Counted from the first letter of the stretch, positions 38,599-48,986 are shown. The stretch: DNA of 64,000 nt from an uncultured Gammaproteobacteria bacterium (GCA_964422585.1 CAYRBH010000001.1:11728-75727), one strand, 5' to 3'. Numbers and translations are program-made. Notes: generated by a model not told the origin, from the letters alone.

Positions 38599-40944
38599 TT
38601 AGGAGTTAGCAGCTGAACGCTTCCGGTAGCTTACATAGAGTCCGCCCAAAATGAGTGCGAATAGTAAGCTGGTAGTTACATAGTAGTCGGTCAAGCTACC
38701 ACCGGTATTCGGAAGAAGCTCGAAACCAAGTACTGAGGGATTATCGGCTGGCGCAGAGGTACTGAAGCCTTTAACTTGTGGATTATCCTGTGGTCCAGTT
38801 GGTTGGTTCGGGAAATCCGGGATGCCGCCTCCGCCACCATGGCTGCCACCACCGCCACCACCTGAGGTCGTGATAGGTCCGCCACCACTGCCAGAGTCAA
38901 CACATTGGCCGTCATTGTTGAGGATCATGCCATCTGGGATCGAAGCCTGAATTCCATCGATGTTCGGACAGAGATCAGTTATCAGCACGCACTGTCCATC
39001 ATTATTGACGGTGTAGCCATCGGGAAGCGACGATTGAATCCCATCAAGATTTGGACAGACGTCAGGCACGCATTGGCCATCGCTATTGATGGCATAGCCC
39101 TGTGGTACCTCAGCCTGATCGCCTTCGATGTTCGGGCAGAGATCTGTCGGAGGTGTCACCTTCGGCGCATTGAACGCTACGCAGTAGTAGGTATTACCGG
39201 CAGTTGGATTATCAACGCTGTCATAGTTATCATAGTGATTGGTGTCAGTATGACAGTAGATTTCAGCAGTGACATTGTTCTCATTCGGACCCTGAGGTGG
39301 GTAGGTAAATGGGATATAACCATCCTGTAGTACTTCACGTACCCAGAGCTGGTTAGCGCCCTGCATATCGGTTATGTCTACTGAGGTCGTGCCATCAGAG
39401 CCAGTCGGCCCAAAGGTTTTCCAGTCACTGTAGCCAGTACCGGTATTGGTGTTCGGTCCGCACCATGGAGCAGAGCACATACCAGTGGTATCAGTACCAT
39501 CAGCTTCACCTACGAAGGCGCCAGGGAGCTTGTCGACTCCTTCTTGGCCATCCTTATCTCCGAAACCCCATTGGAATTTCCAATCAGACTGGAGGTGGCA
39601 GGTTGGGTGTGTTGCTAAGAAATCTGCTGACGTTGAGGCAGTAATGTCTGGCATACCAGTCTCTCCCCAGTTTGGAAGATCTGATTCATTCTGACAGACG
39701 ATCTTGGTAGCGACTACTTTGACTGCCTTCGGCGCATTGAACGCTACGCAGTAGTAGGTATTACCGGCAGTTGGATTATCAACGCTGTCATAGTTATCAT
39801 AGTGATTGGTGTCAGTATGACAGTAGATTTCAGCAGTGACATTGTTCTCATTCGGACCCTGAGGTGGGTAGGTAAATGGGATATAACCATCCTGTAGTAC
39901 TTCACGTACCCAGAGCTGGTTAGCGCCCTGCATATCGGTTATGTCTACTGAGGTCGTGCCATCAGAGCCAGTCGGCCCAAAGGTTTTCCAGTCACTGTAG
40001 CCAGTACCGGTATTGGTGTTCGGTCCGCACCATGGAGCAGAGCACATACCAGTGGTATCAGTACCATCAGCTTCACCTACGAAGGCGCCAGGGAGCTTGT
40101 CGACTCCTTCTTGGCCATCCTTATCTCCGAAACCCCATTGGAATTTCCAATCAGACTGGAGGTGGCAGGTTGGGTGTGTTGCTAAGAAATCTGCTGACGT
40201 TGAGGCAGTAATGTCTGGCATACCAGTCTCTCCCCAGTTTGGAAGATCTGATTCATTCTGACAGACGATCTTGGTAGCGACTACTTTGATCGATGAGGAA
40301 GGTGTTTCGATCTGGCATTGTGAGTTGCAGCCGTCACCATTCACGGTATTGCCATCGTCACAAGTTTCTCCAGATTCGATGACACCATTACCACATTGTG
40401 GTCCTTGCTGTGGGACTTCGATCTGACATTGTGAACTGCAACCATCGCCGCTTACAGTGTTACCGTCATCGCAGGTTTCGCCTGTTTCGATAATGCCATT
40501 GCCACACTGTGGTGCGGCTGGTTGACCATTCACCTGGTAATTATCATGCTTGTCGCCATAGGTCGCTTTATATTCACCTGAGTCGTCAGCCTGGATCGTA
40601 TATGCGTCGAAGCATACTGCGCCACTGTCATCGGTTAGCTGACTGCCGCTGGCAACAGCTGTATTTGGATCACCAGAACTTGGCTGGCCAGTGATGTCCC
40701 AGCTATAGGGTGTATCTGCATCAAAGCCACTTGCATTTATAAATACATGATCTCCAACGTTATAATGGTTGGAGTTCTGTGGGCTGCCACAGCTTCCAGT
40801 TGTCGTCCAGATTGAGCCGGACGCAGCTTGTGCTACCGGGATGCTTAAGTTTAGGCTACCGTAGTTGCCTAAGATTGTGCTGACCATTACGAATATGTAC
40901 AGGCCAGTACGCACCCCTCCTTTGGTATGTAACTGTTTAAACAT
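38599..40944 (-). CDS. sortase-anchored (LPNTG) cysteine-rich repeat surface protein / putative adhesin
   Basis: Signal peptide; 2x Myxococcus-type Cys-rich repeats ([25 protein letters not shown]); 2x identical 189-aa repeats; 3x ~27-aa CPN(I/L)(D/E)G..DGQCV repeats; Gly-rich spacer; C-terminal LPNTGG + hydrophobic helix + RKRSAANS sorting signal. Confidence 0.75.
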   Translation of the reverse strand: MFKQLHTKGGVRTGLYIFVMVSTILGNYGSLNLSIPVAQAASGSIWTTTGSCGSPQNSNHYNVGDHVFINASGFDADTPYSWDITGQPSSGDPNTAVASGSQLTDDSGAVCFDAYTIQADDSGEYKATYGDKHDNYQVNGQPAAPQCGNGIIETGETCDDGNTVSGDGCSSQCQIEVPQQGPQCGNGVIESGETCDDGNTVNGDGCNSQCQIETPSSSIKVVATKIVCQNESDLPNWGETGMPDITASTSADFLATHPTCHLQSDWKFQWGFGDKDGQEGVDKLPGAFVGEADGTDTTGMCSAPWCGPNTNTGTGYSDWKTFGPTGSDGTTSVDITDMQGANQLWVREVLQDGYIPFTYPPQGPNENNVTAEIYCHTDTNHYDNYDSVDNPTAGNTYYCVAFNAPKAVKVVATKIVCQNESDLPNWGETGMPDITASTSADFLATHPTCHLQSDWKFQWGFGDKDGQEGVDKLPGAFVGEADGTDTTGMCSAPWCGPNTNTGTGYSDWKTFGPTGSDGTTSVDITDMQGANQLWVREVLQDGYIPFTYPPQGPNENNVTAEIYCHTDTNHYDNYDSVDNPTAGNTYYCVAFNAPKVTPPTDLCPNIEGDQAEVPQGYAINSDGQCVPDVCPNLDGIQSSLPDGYTVNNDGQCVLITDLCPNIDGIQASIPDGMILNNDGQCVDSGSGGGPITTSGGGGGGSHGGGGGIPDFPNQPTGPQDNPQVKGFSTSAPADNPSVLGFELLPNTGGSLTDYYVTTSLLFALILGGLYVSYRKRSAANS
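39159..40289. repeat. exact tandem duplication, 2 x 567 bp (in-frame, 189 aa each) inside the surface-protein gene
   Basis: 39159-39722 is identical to 39726-40289; the identical 82-aa +strand ORFs at 39446 and 40013 in the ORF table reflect the same duplication. Confidence 0.9.
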
Positions 40945-41160
40945 ATGTTTCTAAGTTATATTATTAAGTTCAGTACTTAGGTGTTAAGCCCAAGTAAGGT
41001 CAAATTGTTAGTCTCGTTTTGCTCTCAGTATGCTCAGTTTTAATTAAGCACATTGTCCAGCTTATAGCGCCTTTTGTCAATAGAACAAATGAGCATAGTA
41101 TAAGGGTATTATTTTGTCAAGGGGACTTTCGCATAGCCCATAGTTATGGTCTAAAAAATC

Positions 41161-41188
41161 TACAAGGGCCTTGAAACAGGCCCTTGTA
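41161..41188 (-). terminator. Rho-independent terminator downstream of htrA
   Basis: TACAAGGGCC-ttgaaaca-GGCCCTTGTA; on the minus strand it is followed by a T-run (A-run 41153-41159 on the plus strand). Confidence 0.55.
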
Positions 41189-41227
41189 TGCAAGGTGAAG
41201 ATGTTTTAATGCAGAAGGCAGATGCTG

Positions 41228-42475
41228 CTACTGTTGTGCCTCTTCCAGGGTGACCGTTATCGTTTTCTCCGCACCTCGGTGGATGATTTTGAGAGTTATA
41301 GTATCGCCTACAGCTTTATTTGCGACCAAAGTTGCTAATGAGTGTGTATCATCCAATTTGGTGCCATCTGCTTCGAGGATGATATCATTCTCTTGCAAAC
41401 CTGCTTTGTCAGCGGGGCTTCCCGGGATGACTGCGAGCTGATCTGGTGTTGATCCGCGCTGGATAAGGACACCATAGTTAACTGAAAGCTTATTAGCATC
41501 CTGTACTTCTTGAGTGATGGGCAAGTAGCGTACTCCGAGATATGGTCGAACTATCTTCCCTGTTTTCTCAACTGAGTCAACGACTTTTTTTGCGACATTA
41601 CTTGGGATGGCGAATCCAACGCTCTGTGATCCTTGGGCTATCGCCACATTCACTCCGACTACTTGGCCACTGGTGTCCAAGAGAGGGCCACCAGAGTTGC
41701 CCGGGTTGATAGCGGCATCAGTCTGTATGATACCTTCAAGTGATTCTGATTGCCCGCTAGTATCACCTGCAGTGATAGAGCGTGACAGCCCTGAGATGAC
41801 CCCTACTGATACGGTGTTTCTGTATTCCCCGAGAGCGTTACCGATGGCAATGGCAGTTTGTCCTACTTGTATGGAGTCAGAGTTACCGAACTGAAGGAAA
41901 GGGAAAGTAGCTCCTGTGACCTTGATGACAGCAAGGTCATTAATCGGATCGCGGGCTATGACATGGGCATCATACTTTTTCCCGTCATTTGTCAGTACCG
42001 TATACTGAGCGTCAGTTTGGTCAACGACATGCTTATTTGTTACTATGAGACCATCAGAGGACACGAAGAATCCTGAGCCGCCTCCAACCTCCTGCTTCTG
42101 AGTCCCGTTCTGCCGATACTGTGGTACCTGAAAGTTAAAGAAATCCCCGAACGGATCGTTCGGATTGGACGGTTGAGTATCATAGTACTGTTGCATGATT
42201 GGCACATCTTGGCTGATGATGATGGACACTACCGCAGGATTAGTTTTCTTAACGGCTGAGGTAACGGAATTTTCATCCCCTGGGTTTGCAGTTGCTACTG
42301 ATACAGCAGGCTGTTTCGAGCCTCCTACCATTTGTTTAAATGAATCCAGTGCCGGAAAAGCGAACAGGTGTTGGTTTTGAGCGACACTAAAGGTCAGTAC
42401 TAGGACAATGAGTGCTCCTGCACCTCCTGCTACGATGCTGACCAGGCTATTGGTCAATAAATCTGTTTTGCGCAT
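41228..42475 (-). CDS. htrA: HtrA/DegP-family trypsin-like serine protease with PDZ domain
   Basis: ..GSGFFVSSDGLIVTNKHVV.. (His), ..D.AVIKV.. (Asp), ..GNSGGPLLD.. (Ser); C-terminal PDZ. Confidence 0.85.
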   Translation of the reverse strand: MRKTDLLTNSLVSIVAGGAGALIVLVLTFSVAQNQHLFAFPALDSFKQMVGGSKQPAVSVATANPGDENSVTSAVKKTNPAVVSIIISQDVPIMQQYYDTQPSNPNDPFGDFFNFQVPQYRQNGTQKQEVGGGSGFFVSSDGLIVTNKHVVDQTDAQYTVLTNDGKKYDAHVIARDPINDLAVIKVTGATFPFLQFGNSDSIQVGQTAIAIGNALGEYRNTVSVGVISGLSRSITAGDTSGQSESLEGIIQTDAAINPGNSGGPLLDTSGQVVGVNVAIAQGSQSVGFAIPSNVAKKVVDSVEKTGKIVRPYLGVRYLPITQEVQDANKLSVNYGVLIQRGSTPDQLAVIPGSPADKAGLQENDIILEADGTKLDDTHSLATLVANKAVGDTITLKIIHRGAEKTITVTLEEAQQ

Positions 42476-42653
42476 AGGTTTTTGATTAGTGTAAGAAATT
42501 GGGCTAACTATAAGTCACTATCATATACTACAAATGAGGCTGTACGACTATTTCAATGAGTTTTCTTGCAAGAAGAGGACGAATAAGGCGATCGGTTCTT
42601 TCAGGATGATCTGATGTAATTGAGTATCAAAAATGCCACATCGTGGCATGCTT

Positions 42654-42727
42654 TGGTTCGGGGACAGGGTTTCGAACCCCGATTCTCAGGTCCAGAACCT
42701 GATGTCCTACCGTTAGACGATCCCCGA
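42654..42727 (-). tRNA. tRNA-Gln (anticodon CUG)
   Basis: Hand-folded cloverleaf: acceptor TCGGGGA/TCCCCGA (U1:A72), D-arm GTCT..GGAC, anticodon stem TCAGG/CCTGA with loop TTCTGGA, T-arm CGGGG-TTCGAAA-CCCTG, A73 and encoded CCA. Confidence 0.8.
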
Positions 42728-42733
42728 ATGACA

Positions 42734-44239
42734 CTACACTAGCTCTCCTCCGATAATAGTCAGTACGTCAGCTACTTCCGGTTCAGCTCCGCCATTAAAA
42801 ATTTTATGGTTCTCAGTATACTGAGGATCGACAATACCGTCAATGCGTATGGCCCGTTTCAGGGTAGCGCTGAGAGCTTTTTCAGCAGCCTGTCTATTCT
42901 TGGAGTCACGCACTGTATTGGCATGAAAATCATATTTGAAGCCTAATACAACTCGCTGCGGTTCGATCAGTATCGGGTGGGCGCTTTTCAAGAATACTGA
43001 CAGCGAGTGGTTATACTCTTTTAAGCTTATCAGTATCGCAGGCCATTCTTTTTTAAGAAGTGCATAGTCAGCATGCGTGCTTAGTGATGTGCTCTTTTCA
43101 GGGGCAGAGTTGGATGGTGAAGTGGTTTCCAGAGGAGAGACAGCGAAAGTGTCTTGGCAAAAGGCAATACAGACTAGCTCAAGCGGTAACTGCTGTATGA
43201 TGGCAGAGCGCATACGCATAGTTTCACGCATGAAAAGCTCAAGCAGCTTTTGTATATCGGATGTGGGGATAGTTTCTGCGTGCCTGCGAAGAGACTTTTT
43301 GATATTTTCATCAGTGTCAGGCTCATAACCCGATCCTATGGCTCCTATGAGAAGTGCTTGTCTCAGGTATTCGATAGCGTCAACCATGAAGAGCTCGAGG
43401 TCAACTCCTTCGTTCACTAGAGCATGCACCAACTGTAATGATGCAGCTAGGTCATGAGCAGCAAGTGTATCAATGAGTGTCCCGACCTGCTGCCAGTTGC
43501 TGGGAGGCAGGATGAGCTCAGCAGTGGTCAGCGGAACTGATCCTTTTTCAGCAAGGCTGAGTACTTGCCCAAACAGCGACTCAGCATCGCGGAGGCATCC
43601 TTCCGATTTGCGGGCGATGGCAGCGATGATAACATCAGGGACTTTGATCTTTTCTTTCTTTGCTATATCGATTAAGCGGTCTATGATGAGTTTCTGGGGG
43701 ATTTTTTTGAAGTCAAAACGCTGACAGCGTGAAATGATGGTGACAGGCACCTTGTGCGCATCGGTAGTGGCTAAGATGAAAATAACGTTCGATGGCGGCT
43801 CCTCTATCGTTTTAAGTAGCGCGTTAAAGGCATGCTTCGAAAGCATATGTACTTCATCGATGATGAAAACCTTATAGCCATTTAGTTTCAAGGCAGGGAT
43901 TCGTGCGCTGGCGATGATATTGTCGCGTACATTGTCTACTTGTGTATGGGTTGCGGCATCGACCTCTATGATGTCTAAGCATTGATCTTTTAGGATCAGC
44001 GTGCAGGTTGGGCAGGTATTGCAGGGTTCTGCTGAACCTGGTTCCCGCTTTTCACAGTTGATGGCACGAGCCATAAGGCGCGCAAGGGTGGTTTTCCCGG
44101 TGCCACGAGGTCCGACGAATAGATAGGCGTGTGCTAAGCGATTCTCCGCAATTTCATGCGCAAGAGTAGTTTTGATATGCTGTTGTCCTACGACATCAGC
44201 GAAACGCTTGGGGCGATACTGTTGGTAGATGACGGACAT
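42734..44239 (-). CDS. dnaX: DNA polymerase III subunit gamma/tau
   Basis: ..FADVVGQQHI...LFVGPRGTGKTT.. AAA+ clamp-loader N-terminus and Zn-binding Cys cluster (CNTCPTC). Confidence 0.9.
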   Translation of the reverse strand: MSVIYQQYRPKRFADVVGQQHIKTTLAHEIAENRLAHAYLFVGPRGTGKTTLARLMARAINCEKREPGSAEPCNTCPTCTLILKDQCLDIIEVDAATHTQVDNVRDNIIASARIPALKLNGYKVFIIDEVHMLSKHAFNALLKTIEEPPSNVIFILATTDAHKVPVTIISRCQRFDFKKIPQKLIIDRLIDIAKKEKIKVPDVIIAAIARKSEGCLRDAESLFGQVLSLAEKGSVPLTTAELILPPSNWQQVGTLIDTLAAHDLAASLQLVHALVNEGVDLELFMVDAIEYLRQALLIGAIGSGYEPDTDENIKKSLRRHAETIPTSDIQKLLELFMRETMRMRSAIIQQLPLELVCIAFCQDTFAVSPLETTSPSNSAPEKSTSLSTHADYALLKKEWPAILISLKEYNHSLSVFLKSAHPILIEPQRVVLGFKYDFHANTVRDSKNRQAAEKALSATLKRAIRIDGIVDPQYTENHKIFNGGAEPEVADVLTIIGGELV

Positions 44240-44293
44240 AGATAGTACAAAAAACGATTCTGATGCTAGACGCCTTCAGATCGCACAATAGTC

Positions 44294-44995
44294 TTACTCG
44301 ATTCCCAAAGGCTCGGCCTCCTCTGCATGGTCAACGCTTCGTGCTCGAACCCCTTGTTCATGGTTAGTAAAGATAGATTTTTTTATGATATTTTCTACTG
44401 CTCCCCAGGTGGAATCGGCATCTTTTGGTACTAGGATGACCACCTCATCGTTCTCAGAACCTTTGTAGTAGGTAATGCTAGCGAGCAGTACTTTGAACAT
44501 CTTATCTCCCGCGAGCACCACATATTCTCCGCGATCCCTATCCTTCACGAGGGTTCCTATCAAGCGTTTGCGTTCTATCGGGCCGATCTGTTTATAAATG
44601 AAATTTCCTTGACGGTCGATCGTAAGTTTCAAAATGTCACCTTCAACTAGTTTTGACTTCGAAGCGTAATTCGCAGGCACCGAATATTTCTTGCCATCCG
44701 GACCGATCATGCCTTGTCCGTCGAAGACACCTTCGATGATGAGGCCTTCATCAGATTCACGTTCGGTGCCTACCTCTGAAGCTTTAATAACATAATCAAC
44801 AGCTTGGCTCGAGCTTTTACCTTTGAGCTCCTCCAAGACTATTTTCATCTTTTTGAGCTCAAGTTCCTGCTTGACAATAAAATCCTCGAGCTCGCTTATT
44901 TTTTTTGTATTCGCCATTTTCTTTTTGTATTGAACCCTCTCGGAAGCCTTTATTTTTTGTTTTTTCGCACTAAAATGTATGCGCTTAGTATACAA
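44294..44995 (-). CDS. hypothetical protein (coiled-coil N-terminus + beta-rich C-terminal domain)
   Basis: Last gene of a coupled 3-gene cluster; the true start may be the internal Met (MANTKK.., ~44917). No recognisable family. Confidence 0.4.
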   Translation of the reverse strand: MYTKRIHFSAKKQKIKASERVQYKKKMANTKKISELEDFIVKQELELKKMKIVLEELKGKSSSQAVDYVIKASEVGTERESDEGLIIEGVFDGQGMIGPDGKKYSVPANYASKSKLVEGDILKLTIDRQGNFIYKQIGPIERKRLIGTLVKDRDRGEYVVLAGDKMFKVLLASITYYKGSENDEVVILVPKDADSTWGAVENIIKKSIFTNHEQGVRARSVDHAEEAEPLGIE

Positions 44996-44998
44996 TAC

Positions 44999-47503
44999 TC
45001 AGGCTATGGGAGGCAAGGGGGCTACATTCGGATAGGCTATCTTGGTCCTCTGCAGTATCTCCTTTTCTATGATATCCCGTGGTCGCCCATAGGTCGTACG
45101 GGACATTTCCCGCAGCGCATGGGCCCGTCTTGGATCGCCATGCGCTAGGTTGATAGGCGCACAGCTGAACGGCGGCGGATTCTGATTGTCGATAAGCAGC
45201 CGGACATAGCAATTATATTTTTCAATATTGATGAGGTCATAGGCGTCGAACACGGGTGCGAATTGATGCTTGAGTACCTCCGCGTCATCTGCTCCTACGC
45301 GGAAAGCGATCATAGTACCGACATTCCCGAAGACCGCATCACGGACCGACGTGTTATTATTTTTTACCAGCTGATTGATATACTGATGTGCCATGACCAA
45401 ATTCAGCTTATACTTACGTGCCTCAGAGAGTATGATCGCGATGCTGTCGGTCACGAAATTCTGGAACTCATCGATATACAGATAGAAATCTTTCCGAGAA
45501 TCTTCATCGATATCTACTCTGCTCAAAGCCCCCATGAGTATCTTGCCGACTATGACCATGCCCAAGAGGGCGCTATTCGTCTCGCCGACGCGCCCTTTGG
45601 AAAGATTTATCAGAAGTATCTTTTGTGTGTCCATGACCTCGCGGAAATTGAAGGAGCTGGTTTGCTGGCTGATGATAGGACGCATGATATCATTTGTGAT
45701 GAATTGATTCAGTTTGCTGGTGATATAGGGGACCATATTCGCGAGGGCCGCGTCGCCGCCTGCTTTCTGAGCCTCTTTTTCCCAGAAATCTTTTACGACG
45801 GGATTCTGTGCTTTACTCAGTTTGAATTTACGGAACTTCTCATCAGTCAACACTTTCGGTATTTCGAGAAGCGTCGAGCCAGAGGCAGGATCCTCCATCA
45901 TCAGCAGCATAGTATTGCGCATATACTGCTCGAACATCGGACCTCCTGTCTGTTTCAGATCATAGAGCTTATCAAAAATATTTATCATTTCGTTTACGAC
46001 GAAAGTCTTCTGCTCCGGCGTGTGGAATTCGAGCATATTGAGCGCAAGGGGGCGGTCGGTATCCGATGGGTCAAAAACGATAACATCAGCGGCTCGTTCA
46101 TCAGGTATCGTGGCGAGAATAGCGTCGATAAGATCACCATGCGGGTCGATCACGCAGACGCCTTTCCCCCGCTGTATGTCTTGTATCGCCATACTTCGCA
46201 TCAGCACTGATTTACCGACACCTGTCTGACCAACAATATACATATGCCTACGTCGATCAGCATCTTTGATACGGACCTCAATGCTTTGTTCACGGTAGAC
46301 AGATGTACCTATCATGATGCCTTCATGTGGCATATCGACGGGCGGCGGAGCCTTCTTTGCTTTGAGCCAATTGATATGAGGTGTTTGCAGACCTTCAGGC
46401 AGATGGAAGATGCTGGTAAGCTCCTCAGCATTCAAGAGCATAGATGCCTTTGGCTCGAAATAGCGATAAATGAATTGCTGGATTATCTTTTCTTGTTTGC
46501 CGCTATAGAAAGGTTTGAAGGCATTGCCATACTCATAGATGCTGTATTGTCCGAAGGCATTCATGATATTCCGCAAATGACTCTCAGCATGTTGAGAGTT
46601 CTGAGCCGCGACGATAATGCGCACATTCACTTCGAAAGCGCCTTTTGCGTTTTTTTCTTCGATGCTCTTGATCCCGAGTTGATCTTTCGGGGCAGGACCT
46701 TGATGCGCCCGCGTTGCCGGCTCATCTTTTTTCTGACCCGCAACGAAACTTGCGCCAAATATACCAAAGACTCCCTTGAAGATAGTTGAGATCATCGAAA
46801 GGCTAGTCGAGGATGTTTGAGTATGTTTGAGCACTTGGTCGAGACTCGTTCCTCTATAGGCTTCATTTAAAACCTGACGACTGACAGCATGCCATGATCG
46901 TGGAGCCGATCTCAGCACTATCTGTACCGCCGCTCCATCATGAGGAGGAATCTTGCTGAGGGCTGAGGTGAGTGCCTCAAGTGGATCATGTTCAAAGGCG
47001 GCATAGGTTTTTATGGGAAATACGAAGCTGCGGCGCTGCACCAGATAGCCTCCCAGTACCGCGCCCTGGGGCTGGAATATATTATAGTCAACAACTGGTT
47101 CGAAGTAAGCGTGCGGGTAGACCGACTGTACTTGCTGTATAAAGAACTCAGACATGCCTTTCGGCAATGCGGCATAGAAACTTAAGGTTCCTCCTTGCGC
47201 TACGATTTCGAGGGAGAAAGCATCGCTGCGTCCATAGAAGTAGGCACGTAAGCCTCGTTCCGCTTTCAAGGAAGCTAGCGAAGCAAAGAGGTTCTCGATT
47301 TGTGCTAGGCGTTCTTTGCTGTGACCGCGTTCTCGGTCAGCAGGTTCTGAGCTGGTATATTGCGGGATGGATATAAAGAGTATGTCGTGATCATAGTCTT
47401 TATGTTGCTGGGCATGCAGGACGCCTCTGAGTATGGCAAGCGCTACCCCTCCTAAGGATAAAGTGACAAGTACTATGAGTATCGCGAGTGTGGCGTTGCT
47501 CAT
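44999..47503 (-). CDS. VirB4/VirD4(TraG)-like FtsK/HerA-superfamily P-loop ATPase (DUF87-type) with N-terminal TM anchor
   Basis: 834 aa. Walker A ..YIVGQTGVGKSVL.. followed by ..VIDPHGDL..; Walker B ..YLYIDEFQNF..; ..VMAHQYINQL.. Q-motif as in type IV secretion coupling/VirB4 ATPases; single N-terminal TM. Confidence 0.65.
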   Translation of the reverse strand: MSNATLAILIVLVTLSLGGVALAILRGVLHAQQHKDYDHDILFISIPQYTSSEPADRERGHSKERLAQIENLFASLASLKAERGLRAYFYGRSDAFSLEIVAQGGTLSFYAALPKGMSEFFIQQVQSVYPHAYFEPVVDYNIFQPQGAVLGGYLVQRRSFVFPIKTYAAFEHDPLEALTSALSKIPPHDGAAVQIVLRSAPRSWHAVSRQVLNEAYRGTSLDQVLKHTQTSSTSLSMISTIFKGVFGIFGASFVAGQKKDEPATRAHQGPAPKDQLGIKSIEEKNAKGAFEVNVRIIVAAQNSQHAESHLRNIMNAFGQYSIYEYGNAFKPFYSGKQEKIIQQFIYRYFEPKASMLLNAEELTSIFHLPEGLQTPHINWLKAKKAPPPVDMPHEGIMIGTSVYREQSIEVRIKDADRRRHMYIVGQTGVGKSVLMRSMAIQDIQRGKGVCVIDPHGDLIDAILATIPDERAADVIVFDPSDTDRPLALNMLEFHTPEQKTFVVNEMINIFDKLYDLKQTGGPMFEQYMRNTMLLMMEDPASGSTLLEIPKVLTDEKFRKFKLSKAQNPVVKDFWEKEAQKAGGDAALANMVPYITSKLNQFITNDIMRPIISQQTSSFNFREVMDTQKILLINLSKGRVGETNSALLGMVIVGKILMGALSRVDIDEDSRKDFYLYIDEFQNFVTDSIAIILSEARKYKLNLVMAHQYINQLVKNNNTSVRDAVFGNVGTMIAFRVGADDAEVLKHQFAPVFDAYDLINIEKYNCYVRLLIDNQNPPPFSCAPINLAHGDPRRAHALREMSRTTYGRPRDIIEKEILQRTKIAYPNVAPLPPIA

Positions 47504-47982
47504 GATCGATAGTGCCGCATGATGGTATCGGCTTTTATTTTTGCTTCCTGTTCGAGGAAGAATTTATTGATGCCTGGCAGACCTTTCAGCCAGTCTATGA
47601 TAAGGCGAACTATGTCCTTGATTCTCGTTGCTGGCTTATGTAATGCCTCTTGGATCTTCAGAGCGGCAGTCTCCCCTTCGGTTTTGAATGCTAGCTGATG
47701 CGGTGGGCTTAAATGCATGAAGAAATCATCGAGTCCTGATGCGAGTATGCTCTCAATGCCAAGCACCTCTGGGTCTATCGAGCGTTGTCTCGTAGCGGTA
47801 GCGGAAGAATGTGCTGCCACAGAAGTATTTTTATGTTTCTGCGGCTTGGTGAACTGAGGATTCTCGCTATGTTCTGTCGTTTCAACCTTCGTTTCAGCTC
47901 TCCGTTCAGGCGCATAGGAGGGTGTTTCGGTGCTCGTTTCTAGGTTAGGCCGATGATCTAGTATCTTTTCTGGCATGCACAT
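47500..47982 (-). CDS. hypothetical protein (acidic/Thr-rich N-terminus)
   Basis: 160 aa; its stop overlaps the ATPase start by 4 nt (ATGA), indicating translational coupling. Confidence 0.4.
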   Translation of the reverse strand: MCMPEKILDHRPNLETSTETPSYAPERRAETKVETTEHSENPQFTKPQKHKNTSVAAHSSATATRQRSIDPEVLGIESILASGLDDFFMHLSPPHQLAFKTEGETAALKIQEALHKPATRIKDIVRLIIDWLKGLPGINKFFLEQEAKIKADTIMRHYRS

Positions 47983-48050
47983 AGTATACCATGTTTACAT
48001 GGTCCGTGTCAGTTTTTTGTGCTATACTAGGCCAGTAGTATAGAGGAGGT

Positions 48051-48986
48051 ATGGTCAATCATCTCAGACAGATACAAACACAAAAACTTTCATGGATGCA
48101 TATCGTGCGTCCAGGCGAAACCGAGATCCAATACCTGCGGGATCATTTTGAATTTCATCCGCTTGATCTTGAGGATTGTGTCAATATAGCCCAGCGTCCG
48201 AAGGTAGATGCCTACGACAAATACATCTTCCTGGTTCTCCTCTTCCCCCATTATCAACGAAGTACCCGATCGATCTTACCGGCAGAGGTAGATTTTTTCA
48301 TAGGGCCCAATTATCTCATCAGCGTCAGCGATGGTAAGCATGAACTTATTGATCACTTTTTTGATGATTGCTTGAAAAGTGAGGTGTATCGGGAACGCTT
48401 CCTCTCGCAATCCCCTGCGCATTTGCTCTATGAGATACTTCATCGTTTCCAGGATAGCATGTTCCCAATGCTGGATCATATGTCTGAAGATATCGGCGTG
48501 GTCGAATCCCAGATATTCAACGGCGTCGAGCAACGTATGGTGCGGGACATTTTATTGGTGAAGCGCAATATCGTTAACTTCAGACGCATCGTGAATGCTC
48601 ATAAGAGCACCATCCGCAAGCTCATGGACATTAGGCGCCAAGGCGTTTTTGCCTTGTCTTCGGACCTCTCGCTCTATTTCAGTAATTCTATCGACCGGAG
48701 CAAGGATGTCTGGGAAATTCTCGAGATCCATAAAGAGACCATCAATGCGTTCCAAGAGACGAATGATTCGCTTATTTCATTTAAGCTGAATGATGTCATG
48801 CGTGTCTTGACGGCGATCTCAGTGAGCTTATTGCCTGCCACACTCCTTGTCTCCATATTCGGGATGAATACCACAGATACACCTGTTGTTAGTTCACCGT
48901 ATGGGTTTTGGATTATCATGGTCCTTATAGTCATTTTGGTGGTGACTATTCTCAACTACTTCAAAAAGAAAGGCTGGTTGCAGTAA
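48051..48986 (+). CDS. corA: magnesium/cobalt transporter CorA
   Basis: Two C-terminal TM helices with the conserved ..FGMNT.. (GMN) motif; AGAGGAGG SD upstream. Confidence 0.8.
   Translation: MVNHLRQIQTQKLSWMHIVRPGETEIQYLRDHFEFHPLDLEDCVNIAQRPKVDAYDKYIFLVLLFPHYQRSTRSILPAEVDFFIGPNYLISVSDGKHELIDHFFDDCLKSEVYRERFLSQSPAHLLYEILHRFQDSMFPMLDHMSEDIGVVESQIFNGVEQRMVRDILLVKRNIVNFRRIVNAHKSTIRKLMDIRRQGVFALSSDLSLYFSNSIDRSKDVWEILEIHKETINAFQETNDSLISFKLNDVMRVLTAISVSLLPATLLVSIFGMNTTDTPVVSSPYGFWIIMVLIVILVVTILNYFKKKGWLQ

Noticed and set aside
39446-40261. Two identical 82-aa plus-strand ORFs (39446..39694 and 40013..40261)
   Set aside because: They are antisense shadows of the duplicated 567-bp module within the minus-strand adhesin gene, not independent genes.
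38930-40500. Regular repeats that might suggest a CRISPR array
   Set aside because: The repeats are long (567 bp), directly abutting with no spacers, in frame within a CDS, and they encode protein repeats. This is not a CRISPR architecture, and no cas genes are present.
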